Of a stretch of DNA of 64,000 bases, positions 29,621 through 43,379 are shown one piece after another. The position numbers and the translations under genes are program-made. Each line of letters opens with the position of its first letter. Within the stretch, counting starts at the first letter, position 1. Below the pieces are notes generated by a model. It did no database searches and had not been told where the DNA came from. It was given only the letters and a program-made list of their open reading frames with translations. The DNA comes from the human T2T-CHM13v2.0 reference genome, Homo sapiens. Location of the stretch: assembly GCF_009914755.1 (NCBI RefSeq), contig NC_060933.1, one strand, 5' to 3'.

Positions 29621-32600
29621 GCATTCCATTCCATTCCATTGTACTCGGGTTGATTCCATTCCATTGCATTCCATTCCATTCCATTCCATTCCAATCCATT
29701 GCATTCCATTCCATTACATTCGGATTGATTCTATTTAACTCCCTTACTCTCCATTACATTCCATTCCATTCGGGTTGTTCCATTCCATTCCATTCCATTC
29801 CACTCCATTCCATTGCACTCGGGTTGATTCCATTCCATTCCATTCCATTCCATTCCATTCCGGATGATTCCATTCCACTGCATTCCGTTCCATTACATTC
29901 CCCTGCACTCGCGTTGATTCCATTCCATTCCATTCCATTCCATTCCGTTCCGTTCCGTTCCGTTCCATTCCATTCTATTCCATTCCATTCCATTCCATTC
30001 CGTTCCGTTCCATTCCATTCCATTCCATTCTATTTGGGTTAATTCCATTCCATTCCATTCGATTGCAATCGAGTTGATTCCATTCCATTCCATTCCATTC
30101 CATTCCATTCCTTTCCATTATATTACGGATGATTCCATTCCATTGCATTCCATTCCATTCCATTCCCCTGTACTCGGGTTGATTCCATTCCATTCCATTC
30201 CAATCCATGCCATTCCACTCGTATTGATTCCATTGTTTTCATTCCATTCAAGTTGAATCCATTCCATTTCATTCCATTCCATTCGATTCCATTCGATTGC
30301 ACTCGGGTTGATTCCATTGCATTCCATTCCATTCCATTCCATTCCATTCCATTCCATTCCATTCCATTGCGTTCCATTCCATTCCATTACATTCGGATTG
30401 ATTCTATTCAATTCCCTTACACTCCATTACATTCCATTCCATTCGGGTAGTTTCCATTCCATTCCATTCCATTCCTCTCCATTCCATTGCACTCGGGTTG
30501 ATTCCATTCCATTGCATTCCATTCCATGCCGTTCAATTCCATTCCGTTCCATTCCATTCCATTACATTCGGATTGATTCTATTCAACTCCCTTACTCTCC
30601 ATTACATTCGATTCCATTCGGGTTGTTCCATTCCATTCCATTCCATTCCACTCCATTCCATTGCACTCGGGTTGATTCCATTCAATTCCATTCCATTCCT
30701 TTCCATTCCATTCCATTCCATTCCATTCCGGAAGATTCCATTCCATTGCATTCCATTCCATTCCATTCCCCTGCACTCACGTTGATTCCATTCCATTCCA
30801 TTCCATTCCATTCCATTCCATTCAATTCTATTCCATTCCATTCCATTCCATTCCATTCCATTCCGTTCCATTCCATTCCATTCCATTCCATTCCATTCCG
30901 TTCCTTTCCATTCCATTCCATTCCATTCTATTCGGGTTAATTCCATTCCATTCCATTCGATTGCAATCGAGTTGATTCCATGCGATTCCATTCCATTCCA
31001 TTCCATTCCATTCCATTCCATACCTTTTCATTCCATTACGGATGATTCCATTCCATTGCATTCCATTCCATTCCTTTCCCCTGTACTCGGGTTGATTCCA
31101 TTCCATTCCATTCCAATCCATGCCATTCCACTCGTGTTGATTCCATTCTTTCCATTCCATTCAAGTTGAATCCATTCCATTGCTTTCCATTCCATTCCAT
31201 TCCCCTGCAGTCGGGTTGATTCCATTCCATTCCATTCCATTCCATTCCATTCCATTTCATTCCGTTCCGTTCCGTTCCATTCCATTCCATTCCATTCCAT
31301 TCTATTCGGGTTAATTCCATTCCATTCCATTCCATTCCAATCGAGTTGATTCTATTCCATTCCATTCCATTCCATTCCACTCCATTCCAGTCCATTCCAT
31401 TCCACTCCACTTGGGTTGATTCCAATGTATTCCTTTCCATTCCATTCCATTCCATTGCAATCGAGTTGATTGCATTGCTTTGCATTCCATTCCATTCCAC
31501 TCCATTCCGGATGATTCCATTCCATTGCATTCCATTCCATTCCATTCCCCTGCAGTCGGGTTGATTCCATTCCATTCCACTCCATTCCGTTCCATTCCAT
31601 TCCATTCCATTGTATTCGGGTTAATTCCATTCCATTCCAGTCCATTCCATTCCATTCCATTCCATTACAATCGTGTTGATTCCATTCCATTCCATTCCAT
31701 TCCATTCCAGTCCTTTCCATTCCATTCCACTCGGGTTGATTCCATTCTATTAGTTTCCATTCCATTCCATTCCCTTCCATTCCACTCTGCTGATTCCATT
31801 CCTTTCCATTCCACTCGAATACATTCCCTCCTATTCCACTCGGAACGATTCCATTCCATTCCATTCCATTGCATTCCATTCCATTCCATTCCATTGCCTT
31901 CCATTCCATTCCATTCCCCTGCACTCGGGTTGATTTCATTCCATTCCATTCCATTCCATTCCATTCCATTCCATTCCATTCCATTTCATTCCATTCCATT
32001 CTATTCCGTACCATTCCATTCCATCCCATTCCATTCCGTTCCATTCCATGCCATTACACTCGGGTTGATTCCATTCCTTTCCATTCCATTCTTGTTGAAT
32101 CCATTCCATTCCCTTCCATTCCATTCGAATCCATTCCATTGCACTCGGGTTGATTCCATTCCATTCCATTCCATTCCATTTCATTCCATTCCATTCCATT
32201 ACATTCGGATTGATTCTATTCAATTCCCTTACACTCCATTACATTCCATTCCATTCGGGATGTTTCCATTCCATTCCATTCCATTCCACTCCATTCCATT
32301 GCATCAGGTTGATGGCATTCCATTCCATTCCATTCCATTCTATTCGGGTTAATTCCATTCCATTCCATTCCATTCCTTTCCATTCCATTCCAATCGAGTT
32401 GATTCCATTCCATTCCATTCCATTCCATTCCATTCCATTCCAGTCCTTTCCATTCCATTCCACTCGTGTTGATTCCAATGTATTCCTTTCCATTCCATTC
32501 CATTCCATTGCAATCGAGTTGATTCCATTGCTTTGCATTCCATTCCATTCCATTCCATTCCATTCCGGATGACTCCATTCCATTGCATTCCATTCCATTG

Positions 32601-33709
32601 CATTCCCCTGCACTCGGGTTGATTCCATTCCATTCCACTCCATTCCTTTGCATTCCATTCCATTCCATTGTATTCGGGTTAATTCCATTCCATTCCATTC
32701 CATTCCATTCCATTCCATTCCATTACAATCGAGTTGATTCCATTCCATTCCATTCCATTCCATTCCATTCCATTCCAGTCCTTTCCATTCCATTCCACTC
32801 GGGTTGATTCCATTCTATTCGTTTCCATTCCATTCCATTCCCTTCCATTCCACTCTGGTTGATTCCATTCCTTTCCATTCCACTCGAATACATTCCCTCC
32901 TATTCCACTCGGAACGATTCCATTCCATTCCATTCCATTCCATTCCATTCCACTCCATTCCATTCCATTCCATTTCGTTCCATTCCATTCTATTCCGTAT
33001 CATTTCATTCCATTCCATTCCATTCCATTCCATTCCATTCCACTCGTGTTGATTCCATTCCTTTCCATTCCATTCGGTTTGAAGGCTTTCCATTCCATTC
33101 CATTCCATTCCATTCCATTCCATTGTACTCGGGTTGATTCCATTCCATTGCATTCCATTCCATTCCATTCCATTCCAATCCATTGCATTCCATTCCATTA
33201 CATTCGGATTGATTCTATTCAACTCCCTTACTCTCCATTACATTCCATTCCATTCGGGTTGTTCCATTCCATTCCATTCCATTCCACTCCATTCCATTGC
33301 ACTCGGGTTGATTCCATTCCATTCCATTCCATTCCATTCCATTCCGGATGATTCCATTCCACTGCATTCCGTTCCATTACATTCCCCTGCACTCGCGTTG
33401 ATTCCATTCCATTCCATTCCATTCCATTCCATTCCATTCCGTTCCGTTCCATTCCATTCCATTCCATTCTATTTGGGTTAATTCCATTCCATTCCATTCG
33501 ATGGCAATCGAGTTGATTCCATTCCATTCCATTCCATTCCATTCCATTCCATTCCATTCCTTTCCATTACATTACGGATGATTCCATTCCATTGCATTCC
33601 ATTCCATTCCATTCCCCTGTACTCGGGTTGATTCCATTCCATTCCATTCCAATCCATGCCATTCCACTCGTATTGATTCCATTGTTTCCATTCCATTCAA
33701 GTTGAATCC

Positions 33710-36700
33710 ATTCCATTGCATTCCATTCCATTCCATTCCATTCGATTCCATTCGATTGCACTCGGGTTGATTCCATTCCATTGCATTCCATTCCATTCCA
33801 TTCCATTCCATTCCATTCCATTCCGTTCCATTCCATTCCATTACATTCGGATTGATTCTATTCAATTCCCTTACACTCCATTACATTCCATTCCTTTCGG
33901 GTGGTTTCCATTCCATTCCATTCCATTCCTCTCCATTCCATTGCACTCGGGTTGATTCCATTCCATTGCATTCCATTCCATACCATTCAATTCCATTCCG
34001 TTCCATTCCATTCCATTACATTCGGATTGATTCTATTCAACTCCCTTACTCTCCATTACATTCGATTCCTTTCGGGTTGTTCCATTCCATTCCATTCCAT
34101 TCCACTCCATTCCATTGCACTCAGGTTGATTCCATTCAATTCCATTCCATTCCATTCCATTCCATTCCATTCCGGAAGATTCCATTCCATTGCATTCCAT
34201 TCCATTCCATTCCCCTACACTCACGTTGATTCCATTCCATTCCATTCCATTCCATTCCATTCCATTCCATTCAATTCCTTTCCGTTCCATTCCATTCCAT
34301 TCCATTCCATTCCATTCCATTCCGTTCCGTTCTGTTCCATTCCATTCCATTCCATTCTATTCGGGTTAATTCCATTCCATTCCATTCGATTGCAATCGAG
34401 TTGATTCCATGCCATTCCATTCCATTCCATTCCATTCCATTCCATGCCTTTCCATTCCATTACGGATGATTCCATTCCATTGCATTCCATTCCATTCCTT
34501 TCCCCTGTACTCGGGTTGATTCCATTCCATTCCATTCCAATCCATGCCATTCCACTGGTGTTGATTCCATTCTTTCCATTCCATTCAAGTTGAATCCATT
34601 CCATTGCTTTCCATTCCATTCCATTCCCCTGTAGTCGGGTTCATTCCATTCCATTCCATTCCATTCCATTCCATTCCATTCCATTCCGTTCCGTTCCGTT
34701 CCCTTCCGTTCCGTTCCATTCCATTCCATTCCATTCTATTCGGGTTAATTCCATTCCATTCCATTCCATTCCATTCCATTCCATTCCATTCCAATCGAGT
34801 TGATTCCATTCCATTCCATTCCATTCCATTCCACTCCATTCCAGTCCTTTCCATTCCATTCCACTCGGGTTGATTCCAATGTATTCCTTTCCATTCCATT
34901 CCATTCCATTGCAATCGAGTTGATTCCATTGCTTTGCATTCCATTCCATTCCATTCCATTCCGGATGACTCCATTCCATTGCATTCCATTCCATTGCATT
35001 CCCCTGCACTCGGGTTGATTCCATTCCGTTCCACTCCATTCCGTTGCATTCCATTCCATTCCATTGTATTCGGGTTAATTCCATTCCATTCCATTCCATT
35101 CCATTCCATTCCATTCCATTCCAATCGAGTTGATTCCATTCCATTCCATTCCATTCCATTCCAGTCCTTTCCATTGCATTCCACTCGGGTTGATTCCATT
35201 CTATTAGTTTCCATTCCATTCCATTCCCTTCCATTCCACTCTGGTTGATTCCATTCCTTTCCATTCCACTCGAATACATTCCCTCCTATTCCACTCGGAA
35301 CGATTCCATTCCATTTCATTCCATTCCATTCCATTCCATTCCATTCCATTCCATTTCGTTCCATTACATTCTATTCCGTATCATTCCATTCCATTCCTTT
35401 CCATTCCATTCCATTCCATTCCATTCCACTCGTGTTGATTCCATTCCTTTCCATTCCATTCGGTTTGAAGGCTTTCCATTCCATTCCATTCCATTCCATT
35501 CCATTCCATTCCATTGTACTCGGGTTGATTCCATTCCATTGCATTCCATTCCATTCCATTCCATTCCAATCCGTTGCATTCCATTCCATTACATTCGGAT
35601 TGATTCTATTCAACTCCCTTACTCTCCATTACATTACATTCCATTCGGGTTGTTCCATTCCATTCCATTCCATTCCACTCCATTCCATTGCACTCGGGTT
35701 GATTCCATTCCATTCCATTCCATTCCATTCCATTCCGGATGATTCCATTCCATTGCATTCCGTTCCATTACATTCCCCTGCACTCGCGTTGATTCCATTC
35801 CATTCCATTCCATTCCATTCCATTCAATTCCATTCCATTACAATTCGTTCCATTCCATTCTATTCCGTACCATTCCATTCCATTCCATACCATTCCATTC
35901 CATTCCATTCCATTCCATTCCGTTCCATTCCGTTCCATTCCATTCCATTCCATTCTATTCGGGTTAATTCCATTCCATTCCATTCCATTCCATTCCATTC
36001 CAATCTATTCCATTCCATTGCAATCGAGTTGAATCCATTGCATTTCATTCCATTCCATTCCATTCCATTCCATTCCATTGCAATCGAGTTGAATCCATTG
36101 CATTTCATTCCATTCCATTCCACTCCATTCCATTCCGGAATATTCCATTCCATTGCATTCCATTCCATTCCATTCCCCTGCACTCGCGTTGATTCCTTTC
36201 CATTCCATTCCATTCCATTCCATTCCATTCCATTCAATTCCTTTCCGTTCCATTCCATTCCATTCCATTCCATTCCATTCCATTCCATTCCATTCCGTTC
36301 CGTTCTGTTCCATTCCATTCCATTCCATTCTATTCGGGATAATTCCATTCCATTCCATTCGATTGCAATCGAGTTGATTCCATGCCATTCCATTCCATTC
36401 CATTCCATTCCATTCCATGCCTTTCCATTCCATTACGGATGATTCCATTCCATTGCATTCCATTCCATTCCTTTCCCCTGTACTCGGGTTGATTCCATTC
36501 CATTCCATTCCAATCCATGCCATTCCACTGGTGTTGATTCCATTCTTTCCATTCCATTCAAGTTGAATCCATTCCATTGCTTTCCATTCCATTCCATTCC
36601 CCTGTAGTCCGGTTCATTCCATTCCATTCCATTCCATTCCATTCCATTCCATTCCATTCCGTTCCGTTCCGTTCCCTTCCGTTCCGTTCCATTCCATTCC

Positions 36701-39700
36701 ATTCCATTCTATTCGGGTTAATTCCATTCCATTCCATTGCATTCCATTCCATTCCATTCCATTCGATTCCATTCGATTGCACTCGGGTTGATTCCATTCC
36801 ATTGCATTCCATTCCATTCCATTCCATTCCATTCCATTCCGTTCCATTCCATTCCATTACATTCGGATTGATTCTATTCAATTCCCTTACACTCCATTAC
36901 ATTCCATTCCTTTCGGGTGGTTTCCATTCCATTCCATTCCATTCCTCTCCATTCCATTGCACTCGGGTTGATTCCATTCCATTGCATTCCATTCCATACC
37001 ATTCAATTCCATTCCGTTCCATTCCATTCCATTACATTCGGATTGATTCTATTCAACTCCCTTACTCTCCATTACATTCGATTCCTTTCGGGTTGTTCCA
37101 TTCCATTCCATTCCATTCCACTCCATTCCATTGCACTCAGGTTGATTCCATTCAATTCCATTCCATTCCATTCCATTCCATTCCATTCCGGAAGATTCCA
37201 TTCCATTGCATTCCATTCCATTCCATTCCCCTGCACTCACGTTGATTCCATTCCATTCCATTCCATTCCATTCCATTCCATTCCATTCCATTCAATTCCT
37301 TTCCGTTCCATTCCATTCCATTCCATTCCATTCCATTCCATTCCGTTCCGTTCTGTTCCATTCCATTCCATTCCATTCTATTCGGGTTAATTCCATTCCA
37401 TTCCATTCGATTGCAATCGAGTTGATTCCATGCCATTCCATTCCATTCCATTCCATTCCATTCCATGCCTTTCCATTCCATTACGGATGATTCCATTCCA
37501 TTGCATTCCATTCCATTCCTTTCCCCTGTACTCGGGTTGATTCCATTCCATTCCATTCCAATCCATGCCATTCCACTGGTGTTGATTCCATTCTTTCCAT
37601 TCCATTCAAGTTGAATCCATTCCATTGCTTTCCATTCCATTCCATTCCCCTGTAGTCGGGTTCATTCCATTCCATTCCATTCCATTCCATTCCATTCCAT
37701 TCCATTCCGTTCCGTTCCGTTCCCTTCCGTTCCGTTCCATTCCATTCCATTCCATTCTATTCGGGTTAATTCCATTCCATTCCATTCCATTCCATTCCAT
37801 TCCATTCCATTCCAATCGAGTTGATTCCATTCCATTCCATTCCATTCCATTCCACTCCATTCCAGTCCTTTCCATTCCATTCCACTCGGGTTGATTCCAA
37901 TGTATTCCTTTCCATTCCATTCCATTCCATTGCAATCGAGTTGATTCCATTGCTTTGCATTCCATTCCATTCCATTCCATTCCGGATGACTCCATTCCAT
38001 TGCATTCCATTCCATTGCATTCCCCTGCACTCGGGTTGATTCCATTCCGTTCCACTCCATTCCGTTGCATTCCATTCCATTCCATTGTATTCGGGTTAAT
38101 TCCATTCCATTCCATTCCATTCCATTCCATTCCATTCCATTCCAATCGAGTTGATTCCATTCCATTCCATTCCATTCCATTCCAGTCCTTTCCATTGCAT
38201 TCCACTCGGGTTGATTCCATTCTATTAGTTTCCATTCCATTCCATTCCCTTCCATTCCACTCTGGTTGATTCCATTCCTTTCCATTCCACTCGAATACAT
38301 TCCCTCCTATTCCACTCGGAACGATTCCATTCCATTTCATTCCATTCCATTCCATTCCATTCCATTCCATTCCATTTCGTTCCATTACATTCTATTCCGT
38401 ATCATTCCATTCCATTCCTTTCCATTCCATTCCATTCCATTCCATTCCACTCGTGTTGATTCCATTCCTTTCCATTCCATTCGGTTTGAAGGCTTTCCAT
38501 TCCATTCCATTCCATTCCATTCCATTCCATTCCATTGTACTCGGGTTGATTCCATTCCATTGCATTCCATTCCATTCCATTCCATTCCAATCCGTTGCAT
38601 TCCATTCCATTACATTCGGATTGATTCTATTCAACTCCCTTACTCTCCATTACATTACATTCCATTCGGGTTGTTCCATTCCATTCCATTCCATTCCACT
38701 CCATTCCATTGCACTCGGGTTGATTCCATTCCATTCCATTCCATTCCATTCCATTCCGGATGATTCCATTCCATTGCATTCCGTTCCATTACATTCCCCT
38801 GCACTCGCGTTGATTCCATTCCATTCCATTCCATTCCATTCCATTCAATTCCATTCCATTACAATTCGTTCCATTCCATTCTATTCCGTACCATTCCATT
38901 CCATTCCATACCATTCCATTCCATTCCATTCCATTCCATTCCGTTCCATTCCGTTCCATTCCATTCCATTCCATTCTATTCGGGTTAATTCCATTCCATT
39001 CCATTCCATTCCATTCCATTCCAATCTATTCCATTCCATTGCAATCGAGTTGAATCCATTGCATTTCATTCCATTCCATTCCATTCCATTCCATTCCATT
39101 GCAATCGAGTTGAATCCATTGCATTTCATTCCATTCCATTCCACTCCATTCCATTCCGGAATATTCCATTCCATTGCATTCCATTCCATTCCATTCCCCT
39201 GCACTCGCGTTGATTCCTTTCCATTCCATTCCATTCCATTCCATTCCATTCCATTCAATTCCTTTCCGTTCCATTCCATTCCATTCCATTCCATTCCATT
39301 CCATTCCATTCCATTCCGTTCCGTTCTGTTCCATTCCATTCCATTCCATTCTATTCGGGATAATTCCATTCCATTCCATTCGATTGCAATCGAGTTGATT
39401 CCATGCCATTCCATTCCATTCCATTCCATTCCATTCCATGCCTTTCCATTCCATTACGGATGATTCCATTCCATTGCATTCCATTCCATTCCTTTCCCCT
39501 GTACTCGGGTTGATTCCATTCCATTCCATTCCAATCCATGCCATTCCACTGGTGTTGATTCCATTCTTTCCATTCCATTCAAGTTGAATCCATTCCATTG
39601 CTTTCCATTCCATTCCATTCCCCTGTAGTCCGGTTCATTCCATTCCATTCCATTCCATTCCATTCCATTCCATTCCATTCCGTTCCGTTCCGTTCCCTTC

Positions 39701-39745
39701 CGTTCCGTTCCATTCCATTCCATTCCATTCTATTCGGGTTAATTC
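33710..39745 (+). repeat. Higher-order tandem repeat, 3,021-bp unit x2
   Basis: Identical ORFs at 34366/37387, 34585/37606, 35432/38453 and 36433/39454; landmark at 35271/38292; private CTTTCGGGTGGTTTCC at ~33894 and ~36910. Confidence 0.93.
36007..36121 (+). repeat. 60-bp tandem duplication (also at ~39028-39142 and ~41017-41131)
   Basis: CATTGCAATCGAGTTGAATCCATTGCATTTCATT occurs twice exactly 60 bp apart (consecutive sequence lines align). Confidence 0.85.
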
Positions 39746-41220
39746 CATTCCATTCCATTCCATTCCATTCCATTCCATTCCAATCGAGTTGATTCCATTC
39801 CATTCCATTCCATTCCATTCCACTCCATTCCAGTCCTTTCCATTCCATTCCACTCGGGTTGATTCCAATGTATTCCTTTCCATTCCATTCCATTCCATTG
39901 CAATCGAGTTGATTCCATTGCTTTGCATTCCATTCCATTCCATTCCATTCCGGATGACTCCATTCCATTGCATTCCATTCCATTGCATTCCCCTGCACTC
40001 GGGTTGATTCCATTCCGTTCCACTCCATTCCGTTGCATTCCATTCCATTCCATTATATTCGGGTTAATTCCATTCCATTCCATTCCATTCCATTCCATTC
40101 CATTCCAATCGAGTTGATTCCATTCCATTCCATTCCATTCCATTCCATTCCATTCCAGTCCTTTCCATTGCATTCCACTCGGGTTGATTCCATTCTATTA
40201 GTTTCCATTCCATTCCATTCCCTTCCATTCCACTCTGGTTGATTCCATTCCTTTCCATTCCACTCGAATACATTCCCTCCTATTCCACTCGGAACGATTC
40301 CATTCCATTTCATTCCATTCCATTCCATTCCATTCCATTCCATTTCGTTCCATTACATTCTATTCCGTATCATTCCATTCCATTCCTTTCCATTCCATTC
40401 CATTCCATTCCATTCCACTCGTGTTGATTCCATTCCTTTCCATTCCATTCGGTTTGAAGGCTTTCCATTCCATTCCATTCCATTCCATTCCATTCCATTC
40501 CATTCCATTGTACTCGGGTTGATTCCATTCCATTGCATTCCATTCCATTCCACTCCATTCCAATCCGTTGCATTCCATTCCATTACATTCGGATTGATTC
40601 TATTCAACTCCCTTACTCTCCATTACATTACATTCCATTCGGGTTGTTCCATTCCATTCCATTCCATTCCACTCCATTCCATTGCACTCGGGTTGATTCC
40701 ATTCCATTCCATTCCATTCCATTCCATTCCATTCCGGATGATTCCATTCCATTGCATTCCGTTCCATTACATTCCCCTGCACTCGCGTTGATTCCATTCC
40801 ATTCCATTCCATTCCATTCCATTCAATTCCATTCCATTACAATTCGTTCCATTCCATTCTATTCCGTACCATTCCATTCCATTCCATACCATTCCATTCC
40901 ATTCCATTCCATTCCATTCCGTTCCATTCCGTTCCATTCCATTCCATTCCATTCTATTAGGGTTAATTCCATTCCATTCCATTCCATTCCATTCCATTCC
41001 ATTCCATTCCAATCTATTCCATTCCATTACAATCGAGTTGAATCCATTGCATTTCATTCTATTCCATTCCATTCCATTCCATTCCATTGCAATCGAGTTG
41101 AATCCATTGCATTTCATTCCATTCCATTCCACTCCATTCCATTCCGGAAGATTCCATTCCATTGCATTCCATTCCATTCCATTCCCCTGCACTCGCGTTG
41201 ATTCCTTTCCATTCCATTCC
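37210..41220 (+). repeat. Higher-order tandem repeat, ~1,973-bp unit x2 (also visible as 34460/36433)
   Basis: Landmark at 38292/40265; ORF offsets 37481/39454 and 38266/40239; shared CCACTGGTGTTG, CCCTGTAGTC and CGGATGACTCC variants. Confidence 0.85.
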
Positions 41221-42150
41221 ATTCCATTCCATTCCATTCCGTTCCGTTCCGTTCCGTTCCATTTCATTCCATTCCATTCCATTCCATTCCGTTCCGTTCC
41301 ATTCCATTCCATTCCATTCTATTCGGGTTAATTCCATTCCAATCCATTCGATTGCAATCGAGTTGATTCCATTCCTTTCCATTCCATTCCATTCCATTCC
41401 ATTCCATTCCAATCGAGTTGATTGCATTCCATTCCATTCCATTCCATTCCACTCCATTCCAGTCCTTTCAATTCCATTCCACTCGGGTTGATTCCATTCT
41501 ATTCCTTTCCATTCCATTCCATTCCATTGCAATCGAGTTGATTCAATTGCTTTGCATTCCATTCCATTCCATTCCATTCCGGATGATTCCATTCCATTGC
41601 ATTCCATTCCATTCCATTCCCCTGCACTCGGGTTGATTCCATTCCATTCCACTCCATTCGGTTCCATCCCATTCCATTCCATTTTATTCGGGTTAATTCC
41701 ATTCCATGCCATTCCATTCCATTCCATTCCATTCCATTCCATTCCATTCTATTACAATCGAGTTGATTCCATTCCATTCCATTCCATTCCATTCCATTCC
41801 ATTCCATTCCATTCCAGTCCTTTCCATTCCATTCCACTCGGGTTGATTCCATTCTATTAGTTTCCATTCCATTCCATTCCCTTCCATTCCACTCTGGTTG
41901 ATTCCATTCCTTTCCATTCCAATCGAATACATTCCCTCCTATTCCACTCGTATCGATTCCATTCCATTCCATTCCATTCCATTCCATTCCATTCCTTTCC
42001 ATTCCATTTCGTTCCATTCCATTCTATTCCGTACCATTCCATTCCATTCCATTCCTTTCCATTCCATTCCATTGCATTCCACTCTTGTTGATTCCATTCC
42101 TTTCCATTCCATTCGGTTTGAAGGCATTCCATTCCATTCAATTCCATTCC
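41140..42150. repeat. Left outer inverted arm; mirror copy at ~62525-63535
   Basis: Opposite-strand ORF pairs 41418+/63244-, 41552+/63110-, 41898+/62769- and 42085+/62597- have near-constant coordinate sums (104,662-104,682). Shared rare ACTCTTGTTGATT/AATCAACAAGAGT and CTATTACAATCGAG/CTCGATTGTAATAG. Confidence 0.82.
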
Positions 42151-43379
42151 ATTGCATTCCATTCCATTCCATTCCATTCCATTGTACTCGGGTTGATTCC
42201 ATTCCATTCCATTCCATTCCATTCCATTCCATTACATTCCGTTGCATTCCATTCCATTACATTCGGACTGATTCTATTCAACTCCCTTACTCTCCATTAC
42301 ATTCCATTCCATTCGGGTTGTTCCATTCCATTCCATTCCATTCCACTCCATTCCATTGCACTCGGGTTGATTCGATTCCATTCCATTCCATACCATTCCA
42401 TTCCATTCCATTCCATTCCATTCCGTTCCATTCCGTTCCATTCCATTCCATTCCATTCTATTCGGGTTAATTCCATTCCATTCCATTCCATTCCATTCTA
42501 TTCCATTCCATTGCAATCGAGTTGAATCCATTGCATTTCATGCCATTCCATTCCATTCCATTCCATTCCGGAAGATTCCATTCCATTGCATTCCATACCA
42601 TTCCATTTCCCTGCACTCGCGTTGATTCCATTCCATTCCATTCCATTCCATTCCATTCCATTCCGTTCCGTTCCGTTCCATTCCATTCTATTCCATTCCA
42701 TTGCATTCCATTCCGTTCCGTTCCATTCCATTCCATTCCATTCTATTTGGGTTAATTCCATTCCATTCCATTCGATTGCAATCGAGTTGATTCCATTCCA
42801 TTCCATTCCATTCCATTCCATTCCATTCCTTTCCATTACATTACGGATGATTCCATTCCATTGCATTCCATTCCATTCCATTCCCCTGTACTCGGGTTGA
42901 TTCCATTCCATTCCATTCCAATCTATGCCATTCCACTCGTATTGATTCCATTCTTTCCATTCCATTCAAGTTGAATCAATTCCATTGCATTCCATTACAT
43001 TCGATTCCATTCGATTGCACTCGGGTTGATTCCATTCCATTGTATTCCATTCCATTCCATTCCATTCCATTCCATTCCATTCCGTTCCATTCCATTCCAT
43101 TACATTCGGATTGATTCTATTCAATTCCCTTACACTCCATTACATTCCATTCCATTCGGGTAGTTTCCATTCCATTCCATTCCATTCCTCTCCATTCCAT
43201 TGCACTCGGGTTGATTCCATTCCATTGCATTCCATTCGATACCATTCAATTCCATTCCGTTCCATTCCATTCCATTACATTCGGATTGATTCTATTCAAC
43301 TCCCTTACTCTCCATTACATTCGATTCCATTCGGGTTGTTCCATTCCATTCCATTCCATTCCTCTCCATTCCATTGCAC

